Origin: Halarcobacter sp.
Lineage (GTDB): Bacteria > Campylobacterota > Campylobacteria > Campylobacterales > Arcobacteraceae
NCBI GenBank assembly: GCA_048571215.1
Contig: CP182352.1
Location: forward strand, 2,880,001 to 2,944,000
Direction: 5' to 3'
Length of the DNA: 64,000 bases
Part shown: piece by piece, positions 59,987-64,000 of the stretch
Position numbering within the stretch: position 1 is the stretch's first letter
Layout of the letters: each line of letters starts with the position of its first letter
The notes under the pieces: model-generated
Seen by the model: the letters and a program-made list of their open reading frames with translations, nothing else
What the model was told of the DNA's origin: nothing
Databases searched by the model: none
Made by a program: the position numbers and the translations under genes

Positions 59987-62177
59987 TTCCTCTATTTAGT
60001 GGTAGTTTAACTGTAAAAACAACATCATGATCCCTATTTTTAACACTAATGTTTCCATCCATTTTATCTTCTATTATAACCTTCGCCATATAAAGACCAA
60101 ACCCTGTACCATCTTTTTTTGTAGTAAAATATGGTTCAAAAATTTTATCAATTATATTTAAATCAATATTTCCACCATCATCGATTATCTCTATAATATT
60201 GTATTTTGTACTTTGTGAAACATTAATAGTAATATTGTATTTTCTATCACCATTTTTTTCAATAATTTTATTTTTGGCATTATTGATTAAATTTAATAAA
60301 ACCTGCTTAAATTCATTTTCATAACCATAGATAAGTAACTCTTTATCCCCATGATCATAGTTTAGATGTACATTTATATTTGAATAAAATATCTGCTTTG
60401 CAATAATTTCAAAAATATCTTCAAATGACTTTCTAATAGAAAAAAGACTCTTTTTTGTTGAGGGTTTTAAAAAGTTTCTAAAATCACTTAAGGTTTTTGA
60501 CATATATTTTATTTGTACCATTGAATCATTTACAAACTCTTTTACATGGATATCTTTTAACTCATTTAATAAAAATGAGGTTTGTATATCTTGAACTTGT
60601 GCTGATAGTTCCACTAAAGGTTCATTCCATTGATGTGCAATTGCTGCTACCATATCTCCCATCTCTGCTAATTTACCTTGTTGGATTAAAAACTGCTTTT
60701 GTTGGATTCTTTCTGTAATATCATCCATAATACAAACTATCCCACCAATACTTCCATCATTGTCAAGATATACTGCTTTATTTATAATAATATGTTTCAT
60801 ACTATTATCACTTAGGTGTAAGGTTATCTCAGAAGTATTAGTACCCTTTGTTTGTAATAACTCTTTATCTATTTTTGAATTACTTAAGGCTATATCTTCT
60901 GGGAAGAAATCCCAAGCAGTTTTACCTATAACCTCTTTTTTCGATACAGCAACAAGTTCGCTAAAAGATTTATTACATCCCAAGAATTTTCCATCTATAT
61001 TTTTATAGTATATTGGATTAGGGAGGGTGTCTAAGAGTACTTTGTCAAATTTAATTCTATTTTGTAAAGCTTTTTCAACAACCTTTCTTCTATTGATATT
61101 TGATTTCATTGAAAATACCATTATCAATAAAACCCCAATAATAACAAAGGTAACTACTACAAGTTTAGTATATTTTCTAAAAAATGAACTTGGTTCATTT
61201 ATAACCTCATAATCATCTAATAGATTCTCAACTTTTAAATTAAATCTTTTTAATTCATTATAATCAAAAAGGTATCTATTTGGAGATTTTTCTAAAATCG
61301 GTATATCTGTAACCTTTGTACCATTTAAAACTTTTAATGCCATTTTAGCAACAGCTTCCCCTTGTGCCTTTGCAGAGGTTAATAGTCCACCAACTAAACC
61401 ATAATCTAAATAGAAATCCCAAAGCCCATAAATAGGAACATTACTCACATTTCTTATTCTTTGAAAACTTCTTTTATAGGTAAAATATTTCCCTGTTTTA
61501 TCTTTAAACAATAACAAAAATAAAATTGCAGTGTCATCTTTTAGATTTTTCACTTTTTTTTCAAGAAGACCAATATCCATATTATCAACATATTCGATAT
61601 TGAATCTATTTTTATATTTTTTTATTATTGGATTTAAGTCCCTTTTTACTGCATATCCTGTTTTTGATTGGTCATTTAAGATAAGAAGATTTTTCACTTT
61701 TGGTTGAAGTTGGGATATAAGTTTAAAGTTTTTTTCTATATCAACTTGCTCAACTACCCCACTTGTATAAAACTTCATATTGTTTTCATCAAGTAGAGAT
61801 TTATCGAAGTTGTTTATACCACAAAAAAGAACTGGTACATCTTTAAAAAGTGTTTCATGATACCTAACCATAAAATCAAAGGCATTATTATCACTTACAA
61901 TTATTAAATCAAATTTTCTTTCAGCAAACTGCTCTTCATACAAATTTGCAAGTTTTTTAAAATATACTGGACCAACAACCCTTTTTGTATCCATATATAA
62001 AGTTGTTAGGTCAATATAATTATGTTTATCAAAAACCTTTTCTATAGCATTTGATATTTCTGAGGTCCATTTATACTCTTTATGATATGAATGGATTAAT
62101 AAAACATCTTTACTCTCTATAGCATGTAGGTTATTGATAAAAAAAAGTAATATTATACATATTGAGAATTTTTTCAT
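59961..62177 (-). CDS. Sensor histidine kinase (periplasmic binding-like domain, TM, PAS)
   Basis: IHSYH periplasmic domain, PAS, AHQWNEP, NLINNA and GTGFGL. Confidence 0.9.
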   Translation of the reverse strand: MKKFSICIILLFFINNLHAIESKDVLLIHSYHKEYKWTSEISNAIEKVFDKHNYIDLTTLYMDTKRVVGPVYFKKLANLYEEQFAERKFDLIIVSDNNAFDFMVRYHETLFKDVPVLFCGINNFDKSLLDENNMKFYTSGVVEQVDIEKNFKLISQLQPKVKNLLILNDQSKTGYAVKRDLNPIIKKYKNRFNIEYVDNMDIGLLEKKVKNLKDDTAILFLLLFKDKTGKYFTYKRSFQRIRNVSNVPIYGLWDFYLDYGLVGGLLTSAKAQGEAVAKMALKVLNGTKVTDIPILEKSPNRYLFDYNELKRFNLKVENLLDDYEVINEPSSFFRKYTKLVVVTFVIIGVLLIMVFSMKSNINRRKVVEKALQNRIKFDKVLLDTLPNPIYYKNIDGKFLGCNKSFSELVAVSKKEVIGKTAWDFFPEDIALSNSKIDKELLQTKGTNTSEITLHLSDNSMKHIIINKAVYLDNDGSIGGIVCIMDDITERIQQKQFLIQQGKLAEMGDMVAAIAHQWNEPLVELSAQVQDIQTSFLLNELKDIHVKEFVNDSMVQIKYMSKTLSDFRNFLKPSTKKSLFSIRKSFEDIFEIIAKQIFYSNINVHLNYDHGDKELLIYGYENEFKQVLLNLINNAKNKIIEKNGDRKYNITINVSQSTKYNIIEIIDDGGNIDLNIIDKIFEPYFTTKKDGTGFGLYMAKVIIEDKMDGNISVKNRDHDVVFTVKLPLNRGSEDESTTT

Positions 62178-62191
62178 TCAAAAGTATAACA

Positions 62192-62776
62192 TTATTCAAC
62201 AAAAATAACATATCCAGATTTTGGACCATGTGCCCCTATAACTAAAGATTGTTCTATATCTGCAGTTTTAGATGGACCACTTATAAACACGCCATATGTA
62301 CTATTTTCGAAAGATATCTTTTCATATGCTTCATGCATATTGTTTACTATATCTGCTTTATTTACTACTATAATAATATTATGAGCTATAAAATATAAAC
62401 TTCTATGTCTATTTTGACTATTTTGAACCCATACAGCACCATTTTCAGCAACTGCAAATTCACCTTTTACAACAGCTAGTTCTAAATCTTTTAGAGTATG
62501 TGGTAACTCTTGCTCATTTGCATCTAAGTTTGATAAAGTAAAACCTTCAACATTTGAAGCTATTACTTTTAATTGGGGATATAAACCCTTTATTGTTTCG
62601 TCTAATTGCTCTTTTTTTATACAAATAGCTTCTCCACCAACACTTTTTACCATCTCTTTAAATTTTTCAATCTTGTTTTCATATGTTATACCAAAGTTCA
62701 GAAAATCTGGCAATGAAGTATTTTTTACAACATTATTATTTTTAATACTACTTAAAATTTCATCTCTACTACTCAT
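62192..62776 (-). CDS. lutC: Lactate utilisation protein C (LUD domain)
   Basis: AVAENGAVW and ISGPSKTADIEQSLVIGAHGP. Confidence 0.92.
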   Translation of the reverse strand: MSSRDEILSSIKNNNVVKNTSLPDFLNFGITYENKIEKFKEMVKSVGGEAICIKKEQLDETIKGLYPQLKVIASNVEGFTLSNLDANEQELPHTLKDLELAVVKGEFAVAENGAVWVQNSQNRHRSLYFIAHNIIIVVNKADIVNNMHEAYEKISFENSTYGVFISGPSKTADIEQSLVIGAHGPKSGYVIFVE

Positions 62777-64000
62777 TTTTTCTCCTCTTTATATAACTCT
62801 TTAAAACTTTTTGATGGCATGTTTGGAATATCTCTTTGTTTTCCCCATACATTCATACTGTTATAAATCATCCCTTTAGGAAGTATTGGTACAAGTTTCC
62901 TTGCAATTTTTCCTACCATGCTAAATAGACTTGGATTTTTCATAAGCCATACAGCAAATTGCATCGATAATCTTTTTTTATTGCTTATAATATTTTTTTC
63001 TCTTAGGTCTTGTCTATGGGTATATAGTTGTGAATCTAAATCTATTTTTACAGGACAAACATTTGAACATGAACCACATAAACTACAAGCAAAACTTAGA
63101 GTTTTGTACTTTTTAGGGTCTCTAAAAGTTGCTAAACTTGAACCAATTGGTCCAGGGATAACATATTCATATGAGTGACCTCCACTTCTTCTATAGATAG
63201 GACAAGTATTCATACAAGCTCCACATCTAATACAATTTAAAGCTTTTTGGTATGAGTTTGATTGTAAAAATGGGGTTCTTTTATTGTCAACTATCACTAT
63301 ATGCATTTGTCCATCTTCAACTGGTCCATGAAAATGAGAAGTGTATGAAGTTATAGGTTGACCTGTAGCACTTCTAGCTAGTAGTCTTGTAAATACACTC
63401 AAATCATTCATTCTTGGAATAATCTTTTCAATCCCCATACAAGCGATATGAAGTTTTGGTAAAGAGGAACCCATATCTGCATTTCCTTCATTTGTACAAA
63501 CTACAACCCCGCCTGTTTGGGCTATGGCAAAGTTTACCCCTGTGATTCCTGCTTGGGCATTTAAAAACTTTTCTCTTAGATGGTCTCTTGCAGCTCTAGT
63601 TAAATATGTTGGATCGCTATTATCTTTATCTGTATTTAATTCTTTATGGAAAGTTTGAGCTACATCCTCTTTTTTTAGATGAATTGCTGGTAATACAATA
63701 TGAGATGGAGTCTCTTTTCTAAATTGAACAATTCTTTCTCCTAAGTCTGTATCAACGACTTCTAAACCCTTGCTTTCTAAAAATGGATTTAGATGACACT
63801 CTTCTGTTAACATAGATTTTGATTTAACAACTTGTTTTACACTGTTTTCTTTTAGAATATTATATACAATCTCATTGTGCTCTTGTGCATCTTTTGCAAA
63901 ATGAACTTTTATTCCTCTTTTATTTGCATTGGCTTCAAACTCAAGTAGGTATTTATCTAAATTTGCCATAGTGTGGGTTTTGATTTGATTAGCATATTCT
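62773..64000 (-). CDS. lutB: Lactate utilisation Fe-S protein B; 5' end outside the window
   Basis: KSKSMLTEE, TDLGE, TNEGN, CIRCGAC and CSLCGSC; the frame stays open past 63969 to the window edge. Confidence 0.94.
   Translation of the reverse strand, partial: EYANQIKTHTMANLDKYLLEFEANANKRGIKVHFAKDAQEHNEIVYNILKENSVKQVVKSKSMLTEECHLNPFLESKGLEVVDTDLGERIVQFRKETPSHIVLPAIHLKKEDVAQTFHKELNTDKDNSDPTYLTRAARDHLREKFLNAQAGITGVNFAIAQTGGVVVCTNEGNADMGSSLPKLHIACMGIEKIIPRMNDLSVFTRLLARSATGQPITSYTSHFHGPVEDGQMHIVIVDNKRTPFLQSNSYQKALNCIRCGACMNTCPIYRRSGGHSYEYVIPGPIGSSLATFRDPKKYKTLSFACSLCGSCSNVCPVKIDLDSQLYTHRQDLREKNIISNKKRLSMQFAVWLMKNPSLFSMVGKIARKLVPILPKGMIYNSMNVWGKQRDIPNMPSKSFKELYKEEKK

Noticed and set aside
3185..63178. 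Many 60-165 aa ORFs lying inside or antisense to longer genes (e.g. 3185-3580, 38933-39235, 44145-44540, 50749-51243)
   Set aside because: They overlap well-supported genes, show antisense-type composition and have no motifs.
1..64000. CRISPR array, rRNA, intact IS element or prophage
   Set aside because: No regularly spaced repeats, rRNA-like sequence, transposase or phage structural genes were seen.

Overview
AT-rich chromosomal window of a Campylobacterota bacterium, most likely Arcobacteraceae (inferred from gene content and order such as mqnP/miaA/rpmE/rsmI/rlmB, gatB-gpsA and hom; not proven). Left to right: (1) a sugar-phosphate/glycogen block (nucleotidyltransferase-phosphomutase fusion, pfkA, gap, GH57); (2) a divergently split SiaA/SiaB/SiaC partner-switching locus whose outputs appear to be a histidine kinase and an HD-GYP protein rather than the SiaD cyclase; (3) a LysR-adjacent LeuC/LeuD-like plus haloacetate dehalogenase operon; (4) a ~5 kb island at the 3' end of tRNA-Arg(TCG), bounded by a decayed att copy and a broken tyrosine integrase, carrying an intact cassette of a PD-(D/E)xK/HTH-like protein, a Ser/Thr kinase, an unknown 400-aa protein and a convergent PP2C phosphatase (best candidate for an undescribed phosphorylation-switched defence system); (5) housekeeping genes with single-gene insertions; (6) an HvfABC-like MNIO RiPP cluster; (7) an HxlR/YhdH redox block; (8) a lactate uptake and oxidation cluster running off the right edge. 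No CRISPR array or rRNA was seen. All family calls come from motif recognition by eye; no database search was run.
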